Source: Pocillopora damicornis (taxonomy: Eukaryota). From it: a stretch of 64,000 bases of DNA. Numbering within the stretch: the stretch's first letter is position 1; each line of letters opens with the position of its first letter. The DNA lies in assembly GCF_003704095.1 (NCBI RefSeq), contig NW_020845955.1, forward strand, positions 1 to 64,000. Reading direction: 5' to 3'. This document shows, piece after piece, positions 12,990 through 26,559 of this stretch. The position numbers and the translations under genes are program-made. Below the pieces are notes generated by a model. That model was given only the letters and a program-made list of their open reading frames with translations, was not told the origin of the DNA and ran no database searches.

Positions 12990-14283
12990 CATCACTACAC
13001 AGTTAGCCAAGGAGAAGAAAAGAAAATTAAACCACAACAGATACAAGCAATAAGTCAGGGTGACACAAAGGCAAAAGACGTTCTCAAAAGCAAACAAGTA
13101 TGCAGCAAGCATTTTGTCTTTAGAGGGCCATCTCCTTACTTGGAAAAGCACAATGTAGATTCAGTGCCAACTTTAGAGCTTGGAAAGAAAAGCTATGGCT
13201 GTGAGATAGACTATGAAGCGAGTGCAAAGAGGAAAGAAAGAGCAAAGAGAAGAGAGAAACATGCCATTGAGCAACAAGAACTTGAAGCAGCAGAGAAAAC
13301 GTCAGAAACTCAATGAAAGCAGTTTTCCTGTGGCCCAGATTGACTTTCATCAGCCAAGCACCTCCACAGAAGAAGAAAAACTGGAAACAAAGTTGCCTTT
13401 TCTGATGATCTTACATGCGATGAAGGCAGTGAGTCTGATGAAATCAGAACAAAAATTATGAGAGATCCCAAGTGCCAAGCAGGAATGGAATGTCAAACCA
13501 CCGAATTAGAATACCTGTTCCAAAAAAGCACATATCGGACACTTGATGAAGATTTCTTTGACTCTGATGAGAAGGTTTGCCTTTATACTGGTCTACCATC
13601 CTTGGAAGTGCTAATGGTTGTGTTTGACCATGTAGCTTCACATGTGAAAAGACAAACTCAGTCGCTCGATAGGTTCCAAGAGTTTATTATTGTACTCGTG
13701 AAATTTAGGCTTAATGTACCATTAAAGGATCTGGCCTACCATTTTGTTGTATTGATTTCAACCATTTCAAGAATATTTTTCCATTCGATTTTGGTAATGG
13801 ACAAGAGATTGTTTCCCTTTGTTTACTGGCCAGACAGGCATCAACTTTGGAAGACTATGCCCCAGTGTTTCCAGTATGCCTTTGGCAAGAAAACAACTGT
13901 TGTCATTGACAGTTTTGAGGTGCTCATTGAAAGGCCACCAAATTTCCTTGCCAGAGCAAACTTTTTCTAGTTAAAAACACCACAACGCTATGATTCTTGT
14001 TGGAATAACCCCACAAGGAACAATTTCTTTTGTTTTGGAAGCCTAGGGAGGTCATGTCTCTGACAAATTTGTAACTGAGAACTGTGGTTTCCTGGAAAAG
14101 CTTCTTCCAGGAGATATGGTGATGCTCAGACAGAAATTTACAATTCTGGAGGGTAAACTGCCAACTGACTATCTGATATCTAATCATGAAAACTGCAATC
14201 GCCACACTCCAATGGTGGTTCACATGATAAGAGTTTGTGCAGCTCTTGTTAACTTCTGTCCTCCCTTTGCACCATTTGATTAG
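12990..14283 (+). mobile_element. Degenerate ISL2EU-like (PIF/Harbinger group) THAP + DDE_Tnp_4 transposase
   Basis: THAP end VCSKHF..NVDSVPTLELG. HTH region YTGLPS..FQEFIIVLVKFRLN..DLAYHF..STISRIF. DDE region WPDR..TMPQCF..VVIDSFEVLIERP, then GITPQGTISFV..GGHVSDK..LLPGD. Stops and frameshifts present. Confidence 0.85.
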
Positions 14284-14546
14284 GCAAACCTCCTGTTACA
14301 AATAGTTGTGTTGTGTATGATTGAAGATAAATTTAGAAACAAAGACACATCGAACTCTCCAGAAATGTGGATATTCCAATAAATATTTTTAATATACTAT
14401 ACCATTTGTTTAATTTTTAAAACTTGGATGCTACAGTGCAATACAAAAAATGGTGAACTGAAATATGCCTGAAATGTTACTGTGAACATTGCTTATTGCT
14501 TCTTCATCAAATTGTGTCATATCCCACATGCCTTATTTTGGTGTTA

Positions 14547-14646
14547 NNNNNNNNNNNNNNNNNNNNNNNNNNNNNNNNNNNNNNNNNNNNNNNNNNNNNN
14601 NNNNNNNNNNNNNNNNNNNNNNNNNNNNNNNNNNNNNNNNNNNNNN
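14547..14646. other. 100-N scaffold gap (others at 16972-17071, 18882-18981, 53572-53671, 62052-62151)
   Basis: Runs of exactly 100 N, typical placeholders of unknown true length. Confidence 1.
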
Positions 14647-15185
14647 CTGAAATATGCCTGAATTGTTACTGTGAACATTGTTTATTACTTTTTCATCAAA
14701 TTGTGTTCTATCCAGAATACCTTAATTAGGTTAGTGCTACTTGACTAATGCCCACATGGCTTATTTTGGTGTTGAGGTGTTCACATTTTTTTTTAGTTGT
14801 ACCATAAATAGTGAAATAATACTGCATTTGATGATTGAGGAACTCTCCATGAGGGTGTCAACAATATACCTCAAACCCTTGGTCATTCTCAAAAAAAAAA
14901 ATTAAAAGCCTTGGAAAGAGAAACCATACCCCTGTTTATGTCCCCTTTTAATTAGATATTGCTTGTTGATTCCTTCCTTTGAAACCAGATGGTTGTTTGA
15001 CTTTATCTTTTTTTGTGTGGGTATGCCATTGTCAAAATGAGAGGAAAAGAAACGAAACATTGGTTTGACTTCATGTTGGCATGCAGATTGGATGAAGAAT
15101 GCATCCAGCCCTGTCATCTTTAATTTTTAATTATGATAAAACAGTAGATATTTTAGCATTCAATTACCATTAGTTATTGTGTGTC

Positions 15186-15187
<2 letters not shown>

Positions 15188-15217
<30 letters not shown>

Positions 15218-15714
15218 TTTATTTGTATAGCGGTATATACAAAAGCTCTATATCGCTTTACAATCAAAAAAGAAAATAACTAACTAACAATAACACTAAA
15301 ACAAAAGGTCAAATGAAAGCGAGTCTGAAAAGATAAGTTTTCAATCTAGATTTAAAAACATCAACTGATCCACTTAATTTAATGTCTAAGGGAATATCAT
15401 TCCATTGCTTTGGGGCAGCGACCAAAAAGGCCCTGTCCCCATAGCTCTTCAGGCGCACATTCGGCACTTCTAATAAACGTTTGCCAGCAGACCTAAGATT
15501 TCTTGTAGGGTTATATGGGACTATAAGTTGACTTAAATATGGAGGTGCCAGATTATTGAGAGCTTTAAAAGTTAACAGTAATACTTTAAAGGTAATTTGC
15601 TGCTCCACAGGTAACCAGTGTAGCTCTTTAAGGACGGGGCGAATGTGCGCAGCCCTAGGTTGACCAGCTACAAGGCGAGTGGCACAGTTTTGAACGCGCT
15701 GGAGTTTCTGAATA
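15188..15714 (-). mobile_element. 5'-truncated L2/CR1-group LINE with (TTA)n tail
   Basis: IQKLQRVQNCATRLV..KELHWLPVEQQITFK..YGDRAFLVAAPKQWNDIP..FKSRLKTYLF (stop at 15309). (AAT)n at 15188-15216 on the + strand. Confidence 0.9.
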
Positions 15715-17122
15715 AGGGCCAAGTCGCACTAGAGGACAATTTCAGATTTGTCCAGGACAAATCTGACTTGAAATCGGCCAGTGACAAAAAATTTGTCCGG
15801 AAAGCTACAGTCGCACTTGAGAACAAAATCTGTGAACAAAACATCACACCATGCTGTGAGCGTCACGTAATTTCCCGCGAAGCAGCCTTTACCCGCTGTT
15901 TCAATCCACAAATCGCGACACGAGGGATCTCAAAATGTTTCCACAAAGAATTCTAGCAATAATATTTTTCTTCTATTTTCTGGTTCTTCATCAGCAAGCA
16001 AATATCAATATCAATTTAATGATATGTTGTCTGTTATTAATGCAGAATTTACGTGCACAAAACATTCTAGTGACACGATGTATTCGCCGACAACGAAATC
16101 GTTATCGAAGACGAGCACCATACTATTGGACTCTTCCTCGTCCAGTCGAATCGTGGTTCGAGATCCATTATACTGATCGAACAATACCTGGGGACTACTT
16201 TCGAAGGCTCTTACGAATGAACAGAGAAAGCTTTGATTTGTTGCTCAATGTAATTCGTAACCGGCTGACGAGACAGAATACAGTTCTGCAAAATTGCCTC
16301 ACTCCTGAATAGGTCCTTGCTTGTGGTTTGCTTCGCCTTGCACACGGAAATTCATATGAAACAATAGGACCTGCGCTAAACGTCGGCAGAACTACAGCAA
16401 TAGAGGCTTGTCAAGATGTGGTTGAGGCTCTTTATGACTTAAGGAATGAGTACATCGAATTCCCAACAACAGTGGCCGAGACAATGAGGTGTAAAGAGAC
16501 ATTTACGGACAAATCACGACTTCCAAACATTGTTGGGGCCATAGATGGCACTCATATCAAAATAGTTGCTCCTAGAGACAGTGCTGTTGATTATTTTAGT
16601 CGAACTCAGCAACATGATTTCATTATTCAGGCCGTTGCTGACGGTAAGGGATTATTTCTTGACTTTGCAGCGGGTTATCCGGGAAGTATCCACGACGCTT
16701 GGGTATATCGAAACAGCTCGCTTTATCTAAGAGCAAGCAATGGAGATATACTCAAGGAACCCGTTGAAAGAATCGGCATCACAGATATTCAGCCTTACCT
16801 AGTAGGAGACAGCGCATACCCTATTTCCCCCTGGCTTATGAAGCCTTATCCTGAAGCGATGCGTGACCATGGCGAGATAACATTTAACAAGGAACTGTCG
16901 TCTGCACGAGTAACCATCGAGTAACCATCGAGTGCGCTTTTGGCTGCCTCAAAAGTCGTTGGCGAATTCTANNNNNNNNNNNNNNNNNNNNNNNNNNNNN
17001 NNNNNNNNNNNNNNNNNNNNNNNNNNNNNNNNNNNNNNNNNNNNNNNNNNNNNNNNNNNNNNNNNNNNNNNCAGATTTGTCCTGGACAAATCTGAAATTG
17101 TCCTCTAGTGCGACTTGGCCCT
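15715..17122 (+). mobile_element. Harbinger/PIF DNA transposon, inactivated HARBI1-like transposase, partly hidden by a gap
   Basis: Identical inverted termini of at least 51 bp (AGGGCCAAGTCGCACTAGAGG..., 15715-15765 and 17072-17122). Motifs GAIDGTHI, GYPGSIHDA, VGDSAYP. In-frame TAG at 16310-16312 and an 11-bp duplication (GAGTAACCATC) at ~16908-16929. Confidence 0.93.
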
Positions 17123-19471
17123 TACCCACCTTTGGCAACTTGGCACCCGTTTAGACTGCATCTTAAGTACTTAATAAGATACAGCGCTTCGGGTCGATGC
17201 TATGCGTGGCGGTTATCCGTCAGTGATATCGAGTTGTAAAGTTGTTCACCGCTCCTTCCGGAGCGGTTATTCGTCCCATTGAGTGCAAAAAAACAGTCTT
17301 AATGATTTTATTCGCAAGTAGCTTGAAGTTATTACTAAAAATTTACCACTCCCTCCCCACTGGGAGCGGTAAATTGTTTTAAGTGCCTACAATCCTTCTA
17401 TTACACGATTTAAGAGTTACTAGCAGTATTTTGCTTGCGTTAAATCGCTCAACTTGCAAAGATTAAACAGTACAATATTAAGGATATTGCAAGTGTCGGA
17501 AAGCAGCTTAACCTCTACTATAGAAACAACAGCGAGATAGCGTGTCTTACTGTGAGATTCGCAAAAACATACGAAAATAGTCACCGCTTACTTTCGTTAG
17601 CCGATGCAAGGTGTTAAATGATAAAATTACAATTATAGTTAATCTGCAATATCGTAAGGGTTTCCTGTATTGGTGTTGGAAAGAAAAGGAATGGAAATAT
17701 TATTTTATTTTAAGTCATTTAATGTAAATTATAAAAAGGGCAGGTTGATTACTTCGTACTCCTTCTTGGTGGTCTCATCTTAAAGGTCGAGTTTGATCAC
17801 GTTCTTCTTGTGAGCTTGGCCACGTTCTCCTAGTGAGTTTAATCACGTTTTCTTCGTTGTGATCGTGAGGTTGACATGGAACTCGTGATAAGCCATGTTC
17901 GTAAATAAGTTAATTTCTTAGTCCAGGAAGAGTAAATCTCCCTGGTAATAGGTCGCATTCGACACCTTCGTGTTCCCAGAGGTAATTTAAGGGTAAACAG
18001 GTGATACCCCCTATGTTTCGCAACAAGAAGCAATTTGGGGGCGGTACTTGTGAGCGCCTTTCTTCTTTAACTCTTGTGACCAAGATGTTGTTATGTAACA
18101 ATCTTTAAAGGTGATTTTCGCTTAAGATACACTTTTAGGTATAAAAAATTCTCTGAACCAAGGTTATTTGTAATTTTTATATTGTCGATCTCGTTTCTGT
18201 TCTGGCCGATCTCAACCGTAAAGATATGAAAATTAAGGAAGAAATTGATTTTGTAACTGCGTAGACAACCCTAAGGTGCATACTCAGTATGTGGGAACTG
18301 TAATACGTAGTGAAGCGTGATTCGCTTAATGAGATGGTACGATGACGACACAAGAAGATTGACGGCCTAGAAATGTCATCCGCAGTGTCACCTTCATAAG
18401 CGGAGACTCTAGTTTTCCCTGATACATTGAAGCTAGTTATGACAACTTGAGAAGGAAAGAAAATAAAGAAGGATCAACCAAACCGAAACGAGTGTTAGAG
18501 AAATTAATTCTAACAAAGGCAATGTGATCTAAGTCAATCTGATGTCAGTAAGAGTTTCCTGCATTTTAGTTCCCAGCCTTTGTGATGTCTATTATTGAAA
18601 TAAAGTTGTCGTAAATAATCTTATACTCCAATTTAACTTCCTTTTCGGTTTTCATAACACTAACCCAAACACTTTTCTAAGAAATCTCGCAAATGAACAA
18701 AAACAAACCTAATGCTTTCGCCGGTGAACCGAATCAATATTTTGGAGGGTCGCCAATAGGTCCTTCTCCTTTATTGTGGTTCTCAGGGTAGGTCTGCGGT
18801 CAAATTTAGAATGTCCACTGATGAAAGTTAAGGAAGATAAGTTAACAGCTCATCTTTATCTCCTTTCAAACGGAGATTAAANNNNNNNNNNNNNNNNNNN
18901 NNNNNNNNNNNNNNNNNNNNNNNNNNNNNNNNNNNNNNNNNNNNNNNNNNNNNNNNNNNNNNNNNNNNNNNNNNNNNNNNNTATTTGAAAGAGGGCACTA
19001 TAGAGATGGCACTATATTTGCATGAAATTTCACACTTAAGATGAGCACCAACATGGCAGATGCCTAATTTGCATAACTGTATGACATCAGCTGCAAACCA
19101 AAAATAGGACATACTTCCAACCATTATATTTGCTGGACAATCACCCCCACTCCCTTCAAGTCTGGGCCTTGCTGTCAGCAGTCTAGAGCAGGTCTGTAAA
19201 AGGCTACTTAAGTTTGATAGGAGGAAACTTTGTGCAGACAATCTTGCTGACCGTATTCGTAACCTTCTTCAGAGGTAATTGCTAGCCAGAAACAAAATTT
19301 GTCTTTTTACTCAAATAACCCCATTCTATCTTAATTAGCAATGAATGATGACTTTTTCATGCATTTTATTTTGGAAAGTATCCCAAGAATTTATTTAAAC
19401 AAATCATGGCTGATAAATACTTGGTACCCCCCTCTAAAAACAATAGCAAAATCACTTGTTTATTGAGTTAC

Positions 19472-21100
19472 CTTCAATGCTGCTCCTTTTAGAGTGCTTT
19501 CATGGTTAACTGATGATAGCCTTCCATGATTTAACTATTGAAAAACAGCTGTGTGAAGAAATTAAGATGAAGGTCCACTTTGCAGAATTGACACAACCAT
19601 CAGCTCAGCAGCAAAGCAGCAATCCTTTTGATTTAATATCACCATAGAATCAGTTGTTTTACCAACAGAGAAAAGAGCTCTTTCAACACAGTCCAAAATT
19701 TCTGTAAAGGAAACACAAAACATGTTAGGATATTGTCATCACATTGTCCATGGAGCTCATCAAGTTATGGTGTGAAAATATTTTCTAATATAAGGTAAAG
19801 CCCATTTACATCAGAAAAAAGATAAAAATCAAACCGTTTAAAAAGTGTTCTGCTAATGAAACATCTAACCTCTTCACATCCCTACCGCTAGATTAATGTG
19901 CCAAATCTGATTTTGGAAAAATCCCAACGACATATTCATGAAATACTCTACATCCATAGATTAGCCTACATGTGTTTTGTCTTGGAATTCTCCCTAAATA
20001 CTGCAAAGAGACCATCACATACACAACCAGCACTGTTAAGGTATAGAGAAAATCTTTCATTCCAAGATCCTTTTTACAAGTTCTCCTTAAACTTAAGTTA
20101 TCTGACATCCTACATGTGTTTTGTAAAAGAATTATCCCTACATGTAAATACTGCAAATTAAGCATTACAAACATTCAGACACCAGTAGGGTACTGTATAG
20201 AGAAGGAGAGGAGATCTTTTTTCACAAAATCTCCATAAATTTCAGTCACCTGACAACCAATTGTTTAGGTTCATAATTACTTAATCAAGGGCACAAAAAG
20301 GCTTACCTGTGAAGCAGTCTCTCCTTGCTCCCCATTGTCTATTGTCAGTTCACCATTGAATACAATTTTAACATGGTCATTTGCACCTCCTTGCTGATTT
20401 TATTGAGTCTGTTAAACATCTTTCCACTTGTGCCTCTGTCTGATGTTCATTCTGACTGGTTCTTTAAGACTCACATTGTTGAGCAACCCATGGAAGATAT
20501 CCTGGATCCTTTCCTTAGTCTTGGGCTGAGTAACCTGTAGGGTTGGATCTATGATGCAAACTTCTCTTCCTTCATCCACACAATCTGAATTTTGTTCCTT
20601 TCCATCACTTGGTATATTGTTCACCTGAATATAACAGCATGCATCTGCTTGTTCTGCTATGGTAATTACAGGAAAAAAGAGAAAGTAATATGTGGAACAC
20701 TCCACATCATTGTTGCCAAGGATGATCTCAACTGTAAGTAATACTGAATCTTTACTTGCAGGGTCTGTTCTGGACACCTGTTCCTTATCATTTTTCTGTG
20801 TTTTGCCATCATTTCAACCAGGATGATCTTCCCACTCATTGTAACTTTTTTAAACACGATTGGTAACTCGGAGAACAAAAAGTCACTTTACTGGCAACAA
20901 AAACATATTGAACTGGTTGTACAATTTACTTATATCTTCTCTATGTTTTTCAACCCCCCTGTTGTGCCAGGTGAATTCATCACTTCCGTCTGGTCAGGGA
21001 AGAGCAGAATAAAGTCTTAACCTTCATGTATCCTTTTTCATGATAAGTGTGTTTTGTTAGAGCTTCATTGTGAATCACATCAGCAGTGCCTGTTGACTTT
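19472..21100 (-). pseudogene. G2E3-like HECT E3 ubiquitin ligase pseudogene, intron-containing
   Basis: ILLFPDQTEVMNSPGT, then VRMNIRQRHKWKDV, then HVKIVFNGELTIDNG (V.F.GE...D.GG-like) ending at donor 20307|GTAAG. Exon 19701-19472 has AAELMVVSILQSGPSS*FLHTAVFQ*L (AG..M..SI.QGGP-like). Several stops. Confidence 0.6.
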
Positions 21101-21824
21101 TCATTCACAGGTAACATTTTTCCTTGGCATCACTTCAGGTTCAAGCTCCTTAACAAGCAATTAAAATATGGTTATGAATATTGGTGCATCTTTGTAGGTA
21201 TAAACAACTTCACAAAAGAAATGTCCAGAGACAAGCTTGGCCCTTACATCCTAAAATCTGTTGCTTAATTTCCATCCACACTGTTCTCTACACATTTCTT
21301 TCTTTTCTGTGTGATGCAGGTGTGATATTATAAGGAGAAATTACATGTAGATGCTGACACTTTTAGGGGTTAAAGGAACTGCACATACCAGAAAGTGATA
21401 AAGCAAAAAATAAATGTACTGTAGGTTAGTTCATTGTCTGTATATTTTCAATACATATGACAGGAAACATTCAGAGCAATTTAAATGTTTCTTCACTCTA
21501 ACTTGTTCACTCTTCTCTATTGTTTGAATGTGTGCAACTGTTCTAATAACTTGCAACAAACAACAGAAACAAAAAATCAGCATGGATGCCATGTTATTTC
21601 TTAAGTGAATAAATGCATTCTGATGATGATTTCCTTTAAATCACAAGTTGTCAAAAAGAACCCAAGAATCAAAAGGAGCTGCTTCTACAGAGATCTTTCA
21701 CATCACAGACAATCTTATCACAATTCACAAATGCTACAAATCCCTTCAATCAGCCACTCTTTTGTTCACCTAATAACATACATTTCAAATAATTGTCATT
21801 GTTGTTGGCTATATTGGCACCTAC

Positions 21825-22510
21825 CTTTGGTGTTTGTTACGCAAGATCTCCTGGTTCAGTACTGTTATTATTCCAGTTGCTGTAGACTGTTATTGTGATC
21901 TTTGAGGTATTGATATTTTAAAGATTCATTCTGATGTTCAGTGATATTTTTGGTGTTGATATTGACCATAAACCTGTGCTGTCTGAATGCCCACATTCAT
22001 CACTAAAATGGCAAAGAGCAAAGATCACATGTCGGCATATCTGATCACTACATTATGCTTATTAATTGAAGCAATTCCTTTACCATTACCTAAAAAAATT
22101 AATAATGAAATAGTTCAGAGTTTCCTGCTCAAGAAATATATGCATAGTAATAATGTTATACATGCACACCGGAGAAAATGGTTGGAACAGAGGAATTAGG
22201 AGTTATGATTTTTCTTTTCCTCTCCCTATCCTTAGTTGACGCATATCACTCTTGAGTTCTTCAATTAAATCTGTGATGTCAAACCATGTTACTATCAGCA
22301 GTGCTAAGCCATGTAAACAGAGTGAAATAATCATTACCTTTGCCATCTTGAGGCTATTGTCCTGTAGGGATCCTTTGATGTTGATTTGGCAACAGCATTA
22401 AGCAAAATCAAAACCTCCATTTTTAGTCTTCCTCAGCCACCTCTCCCACCAGTGGTGCTGACAGAGAAAGTCACATATGTATGGTGTCCATTTGTAGTAC
22501 ACTGGATTTG
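21825..22510 (-). mobile_element. Decayed MULE/Mutator-type transposase exons
   Basis: ~22510-22338 has YICDFLCQHHWWERWLRKTKNG (CDFHREQAWERW-like). 22002-21825 has WAFRQHRFMVNINTKNITEHQNESLKYQYL (NTNNGxExQN-like). Both end at GT donors. Confidence 0.6.
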
Positions 22511-25500
22511 AGAAAGCATACAAAGGTGCCATTTATTTAGAATTTGTGTGACATTTCCTTTGATTTTGACATCCAATAGAAGAAAACATTTATCACATAT
22601 TTACTAGCTTTTTGCCTCAAATATACAGCATTTACCATAGAGGCCATATTTCAGTAATCTCCAGGATTTCTAATATCTTGCAGCTGTTTTTATTATTCAA
22701 GTTGGTGCAGAACAGCATGATAGCAGCCAAGAATTGTTGGCATAATGGTGTATTACAAGTCTTGCCAAAGGGCAAAGGGAACTGCATTTACCTAACCAGT
22801 TAGAGTAAGACTTTGTCATGCAAAAGACCTTCCAGAATACCTAATGCATATTAGCATCAACAGTTTTCTTTCAGTAATTTTTCATACGCCTTTCATTAAT
22901 TTCTTATACACTTTGCTTTGAGAAATTAATGAAGAAAAAAAGAGTGAACCAGTTTATGTTCCCAAAACATTTTCAGCACCATGTTTTTGGCTTGTTTGAT
23001 TTGCTTCCAGTTACTAACCAGTCATGGGTTATGCCATTATTAGTCAGTCACACGTCACACAAGCTCTTTTTGTGTGAGTGGATGTTGTTGTCCTGAATCC
23101 CACAATGAACAGTGCGAGTGTTGTCAATGTCAGCCCAAACTGTGTTGTCAGAATAAAATTATGATTGAATGTCAAAACCTTTTTGTCATGCTTATCTACA
23201 ACATGGGTTTTTTGTTCCCTAAATCTCCATTCCTACCCCTCCCCACTTCTTCCCCAAGCTGATTCTTAAAAACCCAGCTACTTTTTTCATTTTCTTGCCT
23301 ACTTGAAAAATTATTGACAGCCCTGCAAGGGGGTAATGCTCCAATCACCAACTGGACTCCAACCCAGCACAAATGCTAGCTATGATGAGTTGACATCTAT
23401 GCCAAAATAACAAGTAAAAATATTGAATTAAAATATATCTATTAAATTTCCTTTATCCAAAAAATTAAATGCATGCTACATACATGTTACTGAGGTGGCT
23501 CTGTAACAACCTTGGGCTCGGTTGCGTATGACAACTGTCTTTCCTATCACATTGACAATCTGCTAGGTCTGCTACTCAGGTCTGTTAGCTGTTTCGTTCG
23601 ATCGTTGAATTGCACGGTAAAAGATCCAATGCACTTTTTTTATACTAAAATAAAACTATGGTGTTGATTTCTACACACATTCAGAGTTAGAAGGAAGCCA
23701 AAGCATTGCTGAATACAGTAGAATCCTGGTTGGCTCAAACATTCCGCCATCCAGCTCCGCCATCTTAAATCAAGTTGGTCAGTCACGCTAAAGCATGCGC
23801 ACTGGGTTCTTATTAACGCGGCAAATCAATAACATTTCTATTACTTTGTAATCACTCGAATGATTACAGACCGAATTGGACGACATGAACTATTGTTTGC
23901 ATTGCTTAATCAACACGAAGTAGAGCGTGTTGTTGTAATAACCAACAATCACAACTTGTTTTGGCCTCGTGCTGTTGAGACTGATGCGTTTCCTGCGAGT
24001 TTTGATTAATCTAAGGGACTTACTTCTGGTCGAAGACAATTTCCTGAAGGATATGTTTTTTCCTCTCGCGCGCTTAATGAGCGAGTTGACAGCACGCAAA
24101 TATTACGCCTTGCAAGAGAAGAAAGTCTTATTCATTGTAATTCTTAAAAAAATAACACCTTCACAAGGTCATAACATTTTGAGTTCCTTTTTAACCAGGT
24201 TTGTTCTGTCCTTCTCTTAACTTGCTCTTTATTTCGCTCTTTACTACTGGTCATAGCGTTGATCTCTGTCCATTGCGTTGTAGAATCTAAAGAAATTCAG
24301 TGAATGGAATTTGCAATGGCTCCCTCGAGTTCAGAGAAATTGCCTCATTCCAGGTCAGTTTTACGGCTGAAGAAATCAAAGATTTTAAGGCATCATTAAA
24401 GGGAACAAACATTTTAATTATCATAACTTATTAAACTTTTTTAACATTCATTTCATTTTACTTACAGTGAATTTCCTTGCTATTTAAAAGCGAACAGAGA
24501 AGAGAAACCTGTGTAGATTATTAATAAAAGTGTCTGACAGTCAAAAGATTGACGATTACTCCCAATTATGTACGAAAACAGACCTTTCCGTGGGCTGTAA
24601 TTGAAAACATCTCACGGAGAGTTCATGCGGTGACTGAATGTTGGAATGCTAAATACCAAAAAATCGGACATAGTTAATTTTTGTCTCTTACCTCATAGGG
24701 GTGTGATTTCAAGATCTTGCGAGTTATTCCAAATCCGTTTTAGTCGATCGTTCTCTGTGGAAAATAACACACCATGGCAAACTCATTTGGCTAGAATTTG
24801 CAGCAACTGTGGATAATTTTCCTTTTTTCTGTTCCTTTCTCGGCAGTTTTCCTCAGGGGAAGTGTGTGCGTACAATTAAGTACTTTTCCTTCATTTGCTC
24901 TCTGGTTGTCCTTTAAGAAATTCACGGAAAACAATATGAAATAAGGAAAAACACTCTCCTCTCTCCTTATTATGTACAATGGGAACCTGTTCAGAAAAGT
25001 ACCGAAGCTGAGATAAGATCCGCACACGAACGAATTCGCGGACACGAATTTCACTCTATTCTTGAACAGTCCACCGACGATACACTCAGTCTTGGTCAGG
25101 TTTAAAATGAAAATGTCGTTTCCTCAAGAGTCGGTTCAACGGCTAAAAAAAGAACAAATGTTGCAGATACAATATAATATAAAAGCCCAAGGTATAAAAA
25201 TCCACAAGCAAAACATACAAACCTCATCGGCGTTTTCGTATAAGTAGAAACGGCAAAACTTGAACTTGGACGCTAACTGAACTAAAACTAACCGATCAAG
25301 GTACAAAATGCGCATAATGAAGGATGTTTAAGTGTATAAGAGTCCCTTGTGACCTAACGCTTGGTAGTTCGTGCATACAACGAAAACAAAGAAAAATAAA
25401 CTACCAAGTAATGCTAATGCACATACCGCAGTTACAACCAAGCTGAGATAAGATTGTGTGTATCGACTACCTTGCTCAAACTGTTGTTATTTAAATTGAG

Positions 25501-26559
25501 GCCAGGAAATGTGCGTGCAATGCGTGCATAGACATCCTTCACTGACGAATTATACCACTATTTAGGGAAGTTTTCAGTCACATCAAAATTAAAGAGGCCG
25601 TTTAGACTTGATCCTGTTCTCAGTTGTTAACCGCTGTAAATTGACAAGATGGGGTTACTTTGGATCTAGTTTTTTGATATCATCATTTTTGGTAAAATCG
25701 TTCAAATGGAATAAAAGTTCAATCACCAACACGTGTATATCAACAATCGCCTTGCAAACTATAAAAGCTCCCACACTTGATAGGTCATCAGGTTTCCTTA
25801 GCAGGTAACATTCAAATTATTTAAAATAATTGAATTATTTGACTGGCTTAGGTTATTCAGATGTTGACTTTTTTCTCTGTTTTTGGCTCCGAGCTTATTA
25901 AGACTCTTAAAGCGTGGCAGTGACATGCTGATAAGGACTGTAAAGATGATTACTGAACTGGTGTGGTAGGCGCAATGAAACGATGTGGCAAAGCGCGTGC
26001 TCGCACACTGTTTTGAGTTTGTAAACTTTACCAAGTGGCGGATACGATTATCACGTGGGCTAATTGGAGTTTGCGGTTGAACAGTCGTATTTTGTGGATT
26101 TTTGTGTCTGTGATGCCATTTAAGTGGTGGTTTTTGTGGTCCACTAACGAGCCACATAATTGCTACGATGTCCATGTCAAAAGTGTCATGTGAGGAAACA
26201 GAATAAGAAATTAAGGTCAGTTATTTTGAGCTCGTTAATGAAATAAAGAAGCAGATTGATTACAGAGCTGCTCAATCAAGAAAGAGTTCGGGTTATTAGT
26301 CAATTACACTCAATTTCCCGCCATAACAATCAGCTGATCAATGACGTCAGCACTAGATTGCTTCATTACCCTCTATGACACCATAATCACTTCTCGCTTT
26401 GGTTTCCGTCAGCAAGGAAACAGATTCATTCGGAGATGTGAGCTTCAATTTGGGAAGCTAAGTTAAAAAAAATAACGTAATAAGTCGAGCACATGACGAA
26501 TAAGGTCCAAACATGTTGTTATGACAGTGGGCGAAAGCTCCGATGCGAGCCATGATGAA

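Noticed and set aside
14458-14772. Direct repeat on both sides of the 14547-14646 gap
   Set aside because: Cannot be separated from a scaffolding or haplotype overlap artefact.
23690-23763. Intact host gene starting at minus-strand AAGATGGCGG
   Set aside because: Both ATG frames stop within about 40 codons and the downstream exon-like segments contain stops.
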